Shown: piece after piece, positions 46,393 to 55,302 of the stretch
How the letters are laid out: each line of letters opens with the position of its first letter
Position numbering within the stretch: the stretch's first letter is position 1
NCBI GenBank assembly: GCA_000995125.1
Contig: LBXA01000001.1
Span: forward strand, 15,511 to 79,510
Origin: Candidatus Moranbacteria bacterium GW2011_GWA2_39_41
GTDB lineage: Bacteria; Patescibacteriota; Minisyncoccia; Moranbacterales; UBA2206
Direction of reading: 5' to 3'
Length of the DNA: 64,000 bases
The notes under the pieces: model-generated
Database searches by the model: none
Told to the model about the DNA's origin: nothing
The model's input: only the letters and a program-made list of their open reading frames with translations
Position numbers and translations under genes: made by a program

Positions 46393-47463
46393 ATGCGAAT
46401 TTTATTTATTTCCCATGCTCATCCACCCACTGTGGGAGGTGTGGAGAACCAGAACTTTGAACTTTCCACTTGGCTAGGAGAAATTGCGGAAGTCAAAACC
46501 ATTGCCAATGGACGAGGCAAGAAATTCTTGCCACTTTGGATGCCCTACACTCTCGTGAAGAGCCTTTTTCTGATGTCAAAATATGATGTCATTCTTTTGG
46601 GCAATGCTCTCTTGGCACACATGGGTTGGATATTAAAAATAATTTATAGAAAACCTGTGGTTGTTGTAGTGCATGGATTGGATTTAACTTTTCAAAATTG
46701 GTGCTACCAAAAATTCTGGGTCAAATTTTTCATCCCCAAAATGGACAAGTTTGTTTGCGTTGGCAATGAAACCATTCGCGTGGCCAAAGAGAAAGGCATT
46801 GCGCAGGACAAATTAGTTTTCATTCCCAATGGCGTCAACACCAACAAATTTCAGTCGGAATATAATTGGTCAGAAATTGAAAAAATCTTTGGACAAAAAT
46901 TAGGAAACAAAAAAGTTTTGATGACTTCTGGTAGACTTGCTAGACGCAAGGGCGTGGCGTGGTTTGTTCGCAATGTTATGCCAAAATTACCTGAGAATGT
47001 TTTGTATATCGTGGCAGGTGACGGTGCTGATCAAGAAAACATTGAGCAAGCTATCAGCGAAAACACTTTGTCTGAACGTGTTAAAATGATTGGCTATATG
47101 GGCGATTATGTACGCGATATGCTTTTTCACACTTGTGATCTTTTCATTCAACCCAACATCAAAGTGACTGGTGACATGGAAGGCTTTGGTCTATCAGTTA
47201 TTGAAGCAGCGTTTTGTGGTATTCCAGTTATTGCCTCCAATCTTGAAGGATTGAAAGACGCTATCAAAGATGGTCAGGATGGTTTTTTAGTTGAACCAGA
47301 AGATGCAGATGGCTATGTTAGAAAAATAAATGAACTTCTATCTTCCGATGAATCCAGAAAAGCCTTCGGTCAAAAAGCCAAACAATTTGTTATTGATAAT
47401 TATAGCTGGGAAAAAATTGCACAAAAATATTTAGTTGAAATAGAGAAAGTAATTAGTAACTAG
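46393..47463 (+). CDS. Glycosyltransferase family 4
   Basis: EGFGLSVIEAAFCGIPVIASNLEGLKDAI is the GT4 motif. Confidence 0.75.
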   Translation: MRILFISHAHPPTVGGVENQNFELSTWLGEIAEVKTIANGRGKKFLPLWMPYTLVKSLFLMSKYDVILLGNALLAHMGWILKIIYRKPVVVVVHGLDLTFQNWCYQKFWVKFFIPKMDKFVCVGNETIRVAKEKGIAQDKLVFIPNGVNTNKFQSEYNWSEIEKIFGQKLGNKKVLMTSGRLARRKGVAWFVRNVMPKLPENVLYIVAGDGADQENIEQAISENTLSERVKMIGYMGDYVRDMLFHTCDLFIQPNIKVTGDMEGFGLSVIEAAFCGIPVIASNLEGLKDAIKDGQDGFLVEPEDADGYVRKINELLSSDESRKAFGQKAKQFVIDNYSWEKIAQKYLVEIEKVISN

Positions 47464-47467
47464 TAAA

Positions 47468-49339
47468 TTGTATATGCTAGATTTTATATTCAATCAAGTA
47501 TTATTTTATCTCATCTTAGCTTTTGTGTTATTTATTCCAGGCTATTCTTTGCTTTTGGCGATTTTTGGTCACAGCAAAACTCTGAGTACTTTAGAAAAAT
47601 TTGCCATATCCTTTGGTCTGAGTATTGTTGGTGTGGACTTTATCTTCTTCGCTTTTTCAAAAGCCAACATTGCCATCACTCGCCTCTCATCTGCCATTGG
47701 CATTGCCGCTTTTATCCTGATCTGTTTGGCAATTTTCAAAATCAGAAAGTTTTCAAATTCAACTGCAGATGAAAAATTATTTTCCTTTTCCAAAAATCAA
47801 TTCATCCTTATTCTACTTTTGATTTTCCTCAGCATCTTCATTAAAACTGCCTATCTGACCGACACTGTTTTCCCAACTGCCACCGACATGGGGCATCACA
47901 TGTATTGGGCCAAATGGATGGTGGAAAATCATCAACTACCGACCTATGACGGCATGCCAGATTTCATCATTGGCGAGCACATCATTTTTGCCACCGTTGC
48001 CACCTTGAGTGGTGCCAGTTTCTTTTCAGCTTTTCCAATTGCAATTCTGTTTTTAGTGAATCTACTCAGCATCTTGATGGTTTCCATTTTGACTCTGCGA
48101 ATTTTCAAAGAAAAAAATATCGCTATTCTCTCATTATTATTTTTAGGTGTTCTCTATGCTGTGAGTTCACCTCAAGCCAAATTTGTCAGCGGTGGAGTGG
48201 TTGGCAATATCCTTGGCAATCTACTCTTGCCCATGAGCTTTTATTTTTATTATCGCGCTTTCAGTTTTTTTGAAACTGATGAAAAAGTTTCTGGACAATC
48301 CAAAACATTTTTGGCCTTGGCCTTTTTCTCAACTTTCGGATTGCTCTACACACATCATCTAACTGTTTTTATTTTTCTTTTTATCCTCACACTCATCGTT
48401 GCGATTTTCTTGGTGCTGAACATAAAAAATCTGAAAAATATCTTCACCTCACTATTCAAAATTATTTTTTCTCCACAAGTTTTGGCTACACTGGCTATCT
48501 GCCTAATCTTTTTCTTTTGGGTTTTCACTCCCAACTATATCAAGGGCGGTGCGGTGGACACGGCCGTGGGCGCGCCGAGCAAAGAAACTCGCGCTGGTCT
48601 CACCATTGCCAACTTGCGTTCTTCCATTGGCGAGGCTCGCATTGCCTTGGGCTTTCTAGGCTTGTTAGTTTTGGCCATCGGATTTAAACGTAAAAACTTT
48701 GGCTACACCATTGTCGCCGCTTGGGCCATTATGATTTTCACTATGTCCACTCAGCCAAATCTTCTACTAGTGAATCTACCTAGCAGTCGCATCGGCAACT
48801 ATCTCTCCTATCCATTTGCCATCCTCAGTGCCTACACTTTTTATTTTGTTTTCAAAAACAAAGCCAATCAATTTTTGAAAGTGAGTTTCATTGTCATTGC
48901 CACCTTTGTCTTAGTAGATGGAATTTCTGATTCAGCCTACAGCTTCAAAAACAAGGAGGATTTGAGCCCCCTTGCCCAAACATTCAATGCTTCAACATAC
49001 CTAGCTAATCATACCACTACCACTGATGAAATTTTGAAAGACCACAATTACATCACCGCTGACTCCTGGATGAAAATCATCTTGATGCGCGGTTACAAAT
49101 ACCCACAATCCCGCGGTTTTTTTAAGCGCTATGACGATGCGACCAAACCGCGCGAAATGTGTACACTACATATGATTTCCACACCCGACAGCCCGGAAGC
49201 CAAACTTTGCTTTGCTGACACCAACACCAATTTCATCGCCATCAATCCGAATTTTGATAGCGCGCAATTTTTGAAATTGAAAAATTTTGATCAAGTCTAT
49301 TCCAGCACTGGCATAAATATTTATTACAAAAATAACTAA
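47468..49339 (+). CDS. Large polytopic membrane protein, putative GT-C glycosyltransferase
   Basis: 623 aa with about 13 predicted TM helices and a C-terminal soluble domain. It lies immediately downstream of the GtrB-like synthase. Confidence 0.45.
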   Translation: MYMLDFIFNQVLFYLILAFVLFIPGYSLLLAIFGHSKTLSTLEKFAISFGLSIVGVDFIFFAFSKANIAITRLSSAIGIAAFILICLAIFKIRKFSNSTADEKLFSFSKNQFILILLLIFLSIFIKTAYLTDTVFPTATDMGHHMYWAKWMVENHQLPTYDGMPDFIIGEHIIFATVATLSGASFFSAFPIAILFLVNLLSILMVSILTLRIFKEKNIAILSLLFLGVLYAVSSPQAKFVSGGVVGNILGNLLLPMSFYFYYRAFSFFETDEKVSGQSKTFLALAFFSTFGLLYTHHLTVFIFLFILTLIVAIFLVLNIKNLKNIFTSLFKIIFSPQVLATLAICLIFFFWVFTPNYIKGGAVDTAVGAPSKETRAGLTIANLRSSIGEARIALGFLGLLVLAIGFKRKNFGYTIVAAWAIMIFTMSTQPNLLLVNLPSSRIGNYLSYPFAILSAYTFYFVFKNKANQFLKVSFIVIATFVLVDGISDSAYSFKNKEDLSPLAQTFNASTYLANHTTTTDEILKDHNYITADSWMKIILMRGYKYPQSRGFFKRYDDATKPREMCTLHMISTPDSPEAKLCFADTNTNFIAINPNFDSAQFLKLKNFDQVYSSTGINIYYKNN

Positions 49340-49340
49340 T

Positions 49341-49694
49341 ATGCAACAACAAACTAAAATCATTTTATTTTTCATTATTCTATTCTTGGCCAGTTCCATT
49401 TATCTTTTTACTATTGATTCCAGATACAATGACTCAGCCTACAACAAAAACTGGTATTCCCTATCATTTGTTGAACCAAAAACAGATAGTCTGAATTTCA
49501 CTATTGAAAATTTTTCGGCCAACACAAATTTCCACTGGGAGCTTCTGACTGGCAAAGAAAAAATTGAGACTGGCGATGTTGAAGTTCAAACTGGCGAGAA
49601 AAAAGAAATTGGTCTTTCAAGGATAATGACCGATCAAAAAATGACTGTGCGAGTTTCTTCTGGCGATGATATACAAGAGATTTATAAAAACTAA
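49341..49694 (+). CDS. Small N-terminally anchored protein
   Basis: 117 aa. An N-terminal TM helix is followed by a hydrophilic domain. Confidence 0.35.
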   Translation: MQQQTKIILFFIILFLASSIYLFTIDSRYNDSAYNKNWYSLSFVEPKTDSLNFTIENFSANTNFHWELLTGKEKIETGDVEVQTGEKKEIGLSRIMTDQKMTVRVSSGDDIQEIYKN

Positions 49695-49805
49695 TTGTCA
49701 TTCCCGTGGAAACCTGCCTGCCGGCAGGCAGGCGGGAATCCAGTCACGCATCATTAAGTTTCTACACTAGATTCCCTTCGCCCGCTAGCGGAGGGAATGA
49801 CAAAA
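49695..49805. repeat. GC-rich structured element with two attccc-palindrome-gggaat hairpins and 11-bp terminal inverted repeats
   Basis: ttgtcattccc...gggaatgacaa are the terminal inverted repeats. Internal perfect palindromes are cctgcctgccggcaggcagg and ccgctagcgg. GC content is far above the local background. Confidence 0.8.
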
Positions 49806-49830
49806 ACATAATATTCTAAAAAATATATTC

Positions 49831-50955
49831 ATGTCCAATCCTAAAAAAATTCTCCTCGTCACGCGTCCAATCGCCCCACCTTGGGATGAGGCCTCTAAGA
49901 ATTTTGCCTTTAGTTTGGCCAAGGATCTGGTTTCAAATGAAAATCTAGAACTTCATTTGATGACCAATGGTGCTGTTGCTGAATTGCCTCAAGGGATAAT
50001 CCAAGAACATGTTTATACTCATTCAGAAAATGATTTTGGATTTTCGCAAAAAATTCGCTCACTACTTTTTCAGATTATGACGCGTAGCCAATTTGATATT
50101 GCTCATTTTGTTTTCACTCCGACAAAACTCAATTCTTTTATCATAAAGAAATTCATCCAAAACGAAAAAACTAAAACTATTCAGACCGTCGCCACTTTGC
50201 GAGAAGATATGTTTTCCGATGCAGAACTGAAAAATTTGATGTTCGCTGATTTGGTCATCACCTATTCTACCTATGCCCAAGAAAAATTGAAGGACTTGGG
50301 CATTGTCAATGTCGCCCGAGTCTATCCTGGTATTGATTTGGAAAATTATCGCGCCAAACAAACACGTCAACTTTTTCCAGCCTACAATGCTTCTGATTTC
50401 GTGATCAATTTTGCCGGAGAATACACACGCCTCGGAGCTATGGATGATGTGATCGATGCCTTCATTCAAATCAGTCAAAAAATCCCGAACGCCAAACTTT
50501 CAATGGCTGTGCGCGTGAAAAACGAAAAGGATGCTAGCAAGAAAAAAGAAGTCATTGAAAAACTAAAGCAAAGCGATGTTCTGGAAAAAGTCGTCTTTCA
50601 TGATGATGGCAGATTCAATATGGCTGACATTTACAATTTTTGTGACGTGAGTCTTTTCCCCGTGCAGAATATGCGTGGCAAATTTGATGTGCCATTGGTG
50701 GTGGTGGAAGCTATGGCATGTGAAAAACCAGTGATTGTTTCCAATCTACCAATCCTCAAAGAATTTGCCTCAGACACAAACTCAATTACAATTGAACAAG
50801 GCAATGTTGCACAATTAGTTGACGCAATTCTTGATCTCTACAATAATCCAGAAAAACGCACACTTCTTGGCAAGGGCGGACGCAAATTCTGCGAAAAAAA
50901 TTTTGACATCAAAAAAGTCGCCTCAATCTACGAAAAAATTTACTTTGAATTATAA
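49831..50955 (+). CDS. Glycosyltransferase family 4
   Basis: GT-B fold. The C-terminal region reads FPVQNMRGKFDVPLVVVEAMACEKPVIVSN. Confidence 0.7.
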   Translation: MSNPKKILLVTRPIAPPWDEASKNFAFSLAKDLVSNENLELHLMTNGAVAELPQGIIQEHVYTHSENDFGFSQKIRSLLFQIMTRSQFDIAHFVFTPTKLNSFIIKKFIQNEKTKTIQTVATLREDMFSDAELKNLMFADLVITYSTYAQEKLKDLGIVNVARVYPGIDLENYRAKQTRQLFPAYNASDFVINFAGEYTRLGAMDDVIDAFIQISQKIPNAKLSMAVRVKNEKDASKKKEVIEKLKQSDVLEKVVFHDDGRFNMADIYNFCDVSLFPVQNMRGKFDVPLVVVEAMACEKPVIVSNLPILKEFASDTNSITIEQGNVAQLVDAILDLYNNPEKRTLLGKGGRKFCEKNFDIKKVASIYEKIYFEL

Positions 50956-50999
50956 ATATGCGTTAATTCGCTAATTCTTTAATCCGTTAATTATTTATT

Positions 51000-52493
51000 A
51001 TGTCCTATCAAATCGAAAACTTGTCCCCTCACAAAAAACAATTTCAAACCTCTGCTATGCAAGTTCCGGCTATCTTGCATGTCTCGGATGACTTGATGCC
51101 CAACGAGGCCACGTTGGCTGAAATTGAGGGCGTAGCTTCTGACCCGCATGCTTTTCATCATGTAGCTGCCATGTCTGACGTACACAGCAAAAAGGGCCGT
51201 AAGAACCCAACTGGCACCGTGATGGCCTCAGAGGACCATTTGTTGCCCCAAATCAATGATACGGCGCCCAATTGTGGTATGCGCTTTTTGAAGACCAATC
51301 TCACCGATGCAGATTTTACTCCAGAAAACATTGACCGACTTTTCCAAGAATTGATTGGTGTCATCCCAACCAAGGCTTATGTTGGCACCAAAATGCCCTA
51401 TTCTTTGATTATGGACATTTGCCGCAAAGGCATTGCGCCAGTGCGAGAATTTTTCCAAACTCGCACTAAAAATGAAATTGCAAACGCTTTCGAAGGTGGC
51501 AACTTTTTTTCTGAAATTCCCACGGAAAAAGAAATTCTCAATGCCATTCCAAAATTGTTTTTACACATTGGGCAATATCGTCTTGGCATCCTCGGCGCTG
51601 CTGGCAATCATTTCTTGGATTTGATGAAAATCACCGAAATTGAAAATCAAGAGATTGCTACCAAATTCGGATTGCAAACTGGGCAATATATTTTTTTGTT
51701 ACACACTGGCTCCGGACTTTTGGGGCAATACGCGTCATACCTTTATACGCCCAAAAGAAAAGAACACTTGAGCCAAAGAATTATCTTGGAAATTGGCAAA
51801 TTTCTTTTCAAGACAGATTATAAAAAAGAATTCAAAACCTTGTGGAAAAAAATTGAAAGTTTCAAGGACAGCAAAGAATATTTCGCCTATGATGACCAAA
51901 GCTTGGAAGGCAAACTCTTTTTGACTTCGCACAATGCCGCCGCCAATCAAGGCTATGCCAATCGTTCAATTTTGAATCATCAATTAGACTTGGCAATTGA
52001 AAAAGTTTTGGGCAAAAATCCAGAATTAGATATGCTCTATGACATGCCACATGTTTTTGTGCATCGGGAAAAAAATCATTTTGGCAAAGATGTTTGGGTG
52101 CATAGAAACGGCACTGTACGCGCCAATGGCCCAGCACGTATGAACCATCCATTGTTCTCCCAAACTGGTGAGCCAGTTTTCATTCCGTCTTCCATGAGCA
52201 CGCCGGCCTATATTTGCGCTGGGACTGACGCCAATGAATCTAGTTTCTTCTCAGCGAGTCACGGCACCGGTCGTCGCAGAGATCCCTTGGCTGATGCGAC
52301 GCATAATAGAGCGGAACTTTTCGACAAGCTCAAAGCAAGACAAGTCAAACTTTTCAATGCCAAATCCAAAGGCGTAGTCATGCAGGATAGTTCATACTAC
52401 AAAGATGTGGAAGAAGTCATCGCTGGCATGGAAGCCAATCAAATCGTCAAAGCCGTGGCCAAAATGGAACCAGTGGCAGTTTTGATGTACTAA
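51000..52493 (+). CDS. rtcB: RtcB-family RNA 3'-phosphate/5'-OH ligase (divergent)
   Basis: MSDVHSKKG...DTAPNCGMRF parallels RtcB PDxHxGyG...DIGCGM. HNAAANQGYA parallels HNHA. SHGTGRRRD parallels the HGAGR motif. Confidence 0.65.
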   Translation: MSYQIENLSPHKKQFQTSAMQVPAILHVSDDLMPNEATLAEIEGVASDPHAFHHVAAMSDVHSKKGRKNPTGTVMASEDHLLPQINDTAPNCGMRFLKTNLTDADFTPENIDRLFQELIGVIPTKAYVGTKMPYSLIMDICRKGIAPVREFFQTRTKNEIANAFEGGNFFSEIPTEKEILNAIPKLFLHIGQYRLGILGAAGNHFLDLMKITEIENQEIATKFGLQTGQYIFLLHTGSGLLGQYASYLYTPKRKEHLSQRIILEIGKFLFKTDYKKEFKTLWKKIESFKDSKEYFAYDDQSLEGKLFLTSHNAAANQGYANRSILNHQLDLAIEKVLGKNPELDMLYDMPHVFVHREKNHFGKDVWVHRNGTVRANGPARMNHPLFSQTGEPVFIPSSMSTPAYICAGTDANESSFFSASHGTGRRRDPLADATHNRAELFDKLKARQVKLFNAKSKGVVMQDSSYYKDVEEVIAGMEANQIVKAVAKMEPVAVLMY

Positions 52494-52591
52494 TCTTGAC
52501 ATTTCCTCAAAAACCAGTCAGACTTATAGGCGTTAAGAAAGAAAAAAATAACCAGTTCCTTTTTATAACCCATATTTCACGGAGGGAGCAG

Positions 52592-52852
52592 ATGAACAGC
52601 TATCATACATTTATAACAATACATGGACTTACTGTGGAAAAGGCTCTGGAATGCATGCAGGTAATGCGAAATTTTTTGCAAAAAACTATACCGGATGAAT
52701 GCAAGGGCGTTATTTACACTCATAATCCCGCGCCAGTATTCAATGATTTAGGTCAAGAAATAATGACCATTGAAATAACTGCACGGCCAAACCGTCGCTC
52801 GCAAATCACCGAACGTCTAGCACCCCTCGAGCTCAACATTCTTGAATCCTAA
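52592..52852 (+). CDS. Small hypothetical protein, possibly a truncated archease-like RtcB cofactor
   Basis: A strong RBS (ggagggagcagATG) is present. YHTFITIHGLTVEKALECMQ resembles the archease [21 protein letters not shown] pattern, and KGVIYTH resembles VKAITYH. This is weak by-eye similarity only. Confidence 0.3.
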   Translation: MNSYHTFITIHGLTVEKALECMQVMRNFLQKTIPDECKGVIYTHNPAPVFNDLGQEIMTIEITARPNRRSQITERLAPLELNILES

Positions 52853-52872
52853 CCCCAATTACGCATTTGTAT

Positions 52873-52997
52873 GCCTCAGTAGCTCAATAGGTGAAGCAAC
52901 TGATCATCTGACCGCTGGACAAGTGATTTTCCAGTGAGATGAAGCACCCTTTCTTGAGAAGATCAGAAAGCTGGAGGTTCGAGTCCTCTCTGGGGCT
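52873..52997 (+). tRNA. tRNA-like gene with roughly 50 extra nt in the anticodon arm (putative intron-containing tRNA; anticodon unresolved)
   Basis: The acceptor pairs GCCTCAG with CTGGGGC. The T-arm is GGAGG-TTCGAGT-CCTCT. The D-arm is class-II-like (GCT...GGTGA...AGC). The only anticodon stem is CTGAT(C) at 52900-52905 with (G)ATCAG at 52961-52966, about 55 nt apart. A terminator follows. Confidence 0.55.
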
Positions 52998-53007
52998 ATA
53001 CCCACAC

Positions 53008-53052
53008 CTGACTCGCCTCGCACGATTAACATCGTTGCGGGGCGTTTTTTAT
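53008..53052 (+). terminator. Rho-independent terminator (cgcacgat...atcgttgcg stem followed by a T-tract)
   Basis: Read directly from the sequence, immediately after the tRNA-like gene. Confidence 0.5.
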
Positions 53053-53110
53053 TCCTAGCTTTTGCGCCTGTTTTATGCTATGATTTTGGTATAAGAAAGT
53101 TAAATATCCT

Positions 53111-53749
53111 ATGAAAATTATCACTATTTCCGGCGTGGACGGATCAGGTAAATCGACCCAAATCAAGCTTCTACAAGAATATTTAGAATCGCGAGATATG
53201 CGGGTTTTTTATTTCCATGCCATTGAGTTTGGTTTGGCTACCAAACTAGCCGATTTCAAGAAAAAATATTGCCTGATTTGCAAAATCAAAGGTCTGTGCA
53301 ACATCAAATCGTCTGAAACAAAAAGTGTCACCAAGGCCAACTGGCTACAAATCCAACTACGCAAAATTTTTCTTCGCATCGATATTTTACGCTTCAAAAA
53401 ACTCATAAAAAAATTAGAGAAAGAAAAAATTGACTATCTTCTTAGTGATCGCTTTTTCTACGATTCAGTCGTCAACATCCACTATCTTGAAAATTCGGAC
53501 ATTAAAAATTCGGCTTTGATTCAAAATTCAAAATTCAAAATTCAAAATTCTTTTTATATGGACATATCTCCCGAACAAATCATGCAACGCGAAAGAAAAC
53601 CCGATCAAGGCCTGGAATATTTACAAAAAAAGACTGAACTGTTCAAGCAAAAAATTGAAGACTGGAATATGCAAATTATTGACGCCAATCAGTCTAAGGA
53701 GGAAATTTTCAATGCCATCAAGAGCATTGTGACTTTACGGACTTTATAA
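53111..53749 (+). CDS. tmk: Thymidylate kinase-like nucleotide kinase with a low-complexity insertion
   Basis: MKIITISGVDGSGKSTQ is the Tmk-type P-loop and LLSDRFFYDSVVN is a DRY-like motif. The protein is 212 aa, and IQNSKFKIQNS is encoded by an (AAAATTC)4 repeat. Confidence 0.55.
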   Translation: MKIITISGVDGSGKSTQIKLLQEYLESRDMRVFYFHAIEFGLATKLADFKKKYCLICKIKGLCNIKSSETKSVTKANWLQIQLRKIFLRIDILRFKKLIKKLEKEKIDYLLSDRFFYDSVVNIHYLENSDIKNSALIQNSKFKIQNSFYMDISPEQIMQRERKPDQGLEYLQKKTELFKQKIEDWNMQIIDANQSKEEIFNAIKSIVTLRTL

Positions 53750-53766
53750 ACTTTTAACTTCACGTT

Positions 53767-55302
53767 ATGTCAAGCAATATTGCCAAATCGGCCCTTTGGG
53801 TCACTGTTTCAGAAATCCTCTTTAACTTGTCAGGATTTATCATTCACAGCGTTCTGGGACGCGTTTTGGGGCCTGCAGACTATGGCAGATATGGCCTAAT
53901 TGTGACTTTGACCACTATGGTCATTGTCCTTATTGGCAATGGCATTCCAACCGCCATGGCCAAATACATCAGTGAAATTTATGAAACCAATCCACTGGGG
54001 GTTTTGCAAATCAAAAAACAAGCTATCAAATTGCAAGTGCTCATCGTCGGTGCCATCACAGTGATTTTCTATTTTTCTGCAGGACTAATTTCCAAGGCTT
54101 TGGGTGATCCAACTCTGGCACCACTCTTCCGTTTTTCAACTTTGATTATCCCAGCTTTCGCTGCGGCATCTTTCTATTTTTCCTATTACACTGGCCTACA
54201 TAAATTCAACACTCAAGCTACACTCAAAACCATTCGCTCAGTGATGCGCATTGGCTTTGTCGTTGGCTTGGCGTTTATTTTTGGTCTCAAAGGATCTATC
54301 TCTGGCTATGTCATTGCGCCATTTTCTGTTTTTGCAATTGCCTACGCGATTGATAAATTCAAAATTGCGAAAGAACTGAAATCGCGCATTGTAGAGACGC
54401 AAAATATTGCGTCTATACCAGAAACGAATTTTGATTGGAGAAAATTAGTCAATTATGGCTGGCAGGTGGTAGTTTTCTTTTTAGCCTATGAGCTGCTCAT
54501 CAGCATTGATTTATATATGGTCAAAGCGATTTTGCATGACGATGTTTTGACTGGAATTTACAACGCTTCACTCACCGTCGGACGCATCCCCTATTACATT
54601 TTCTATGCTATGACTGTTTTTCTTTTGCCAATGATGTCCAAATCTACGGCTCAAAATAATCATGCTGAGACTGCAAGAATTTTGGAGCAAGCTCTGCGTA
54701 TTATTTTGATTTTACTCGTGCCAATGATAATTTTGCTTTCCATTTTTGCCCTACCAACATTGCAACTGCTTTATGGTCAGAAATATTTGGCGGGAGCCGT
54801 GCCAATGTCAATCCTCGTGTTTGGGGTTGGATTTTTGACACTTTTTTATGTTCTAAGTTTTGCTATGAACGGCGCTGGCAAAACTAAACTTGTGATGTGG
54901 ATTGCTTCGGTTGGATTAGTAATAAATTCTGTTTTGAATTATTTTTTTATCCACAAATATGGCATTCTCGGCTCAGCCATTGCCACTTCCGTCACTTCAT
55001 TTGTCATCATGACCATCATGCTCTACTATCTGAAGCGTGATTTTGGCGTTACCTACAAAATGAAAAGTATTTTACGCGTGACGCTAGCAGGATTTCATGT
55101 TTATATTTTTTCCCTAATCGTTCCACTTCGTCCTAAACTATTTTTCCTTGAAACCATTCTTCTTCTAGGTGTTTACTTTGGCTTCCTTTGGATTTTGCGA
55201 GAAATCAAAAAGGAGGACCTTGTAATCCTCCAAAATATTATTCGTCGTAAGAAAGTTGCGGAAGTGGAACAAGAATTGTCCGGCAATGAACCAAGCGCCT
55301 AA
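53767..55302 (+). CDS. Wzx-like oligosaccharide flippase (MOP/MATE-like polysaccharide biosynthesis protein)
   Basis: 511 aa with about 14 predicted TM helices. The N-terminus AKSALWVTVSEILFNLSGFIIHSVLGRVLGPADYG is typical of Wzx/RfbX proteins. Confidence 0.7.
   Translation: MSSNIAKSALWVTVSEILFNLSGFIIHSVLGRVLGPADYGRYGLIVTLTTMVIVLIGNGIPTAMAKYISEIYETNPLGVLQIKKQAIKLQVLIVGAITVIFYFSAGLISKALGDPTLAPLFRFSTLIIPAFAAASFYFSYYTGLHKFNTQATLKTIRSVMRIGFVVGLAFIFGLKGSISGYVIAPFSVFAIAYAIDKFKIAKELKSRIVETQNIASIPETNFDWRKLVNYGWQVVVFFLAYELLISIDLYMVKAILHDDVLTGIYNASLTVGRIPYYIFYAMTVFLLPMMSKSTAQNNHAETARILEQALRIILILLVPMIILLSIFALPTLQLLYGQKYLAGAVPMSILVFGVGFLTLFYVLSFAMNGAGKTKLVMWIASVGLVINSVLNYFFIHKYGILGSAIATSVTSFVIMTIMLYYLKRDFGVTYKMKSILRVTLAGFHVYIFSLIVPLRPKLFFLETILLLGVYFGFLWILREIKKEDLVILQNIIRRKKVAEVEQELSGNEPSA

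Noticed and set aside
52873-52997. A definite amino-acid or anticodon identity for the tRNA-like gene, and a definite archaeal BHB intron
   Set aside because: Two alternative mature anticodon loops are possible. I could not fold a canonical bulge-helix-bulge by eye, so identity and splicing mechanism are left open.
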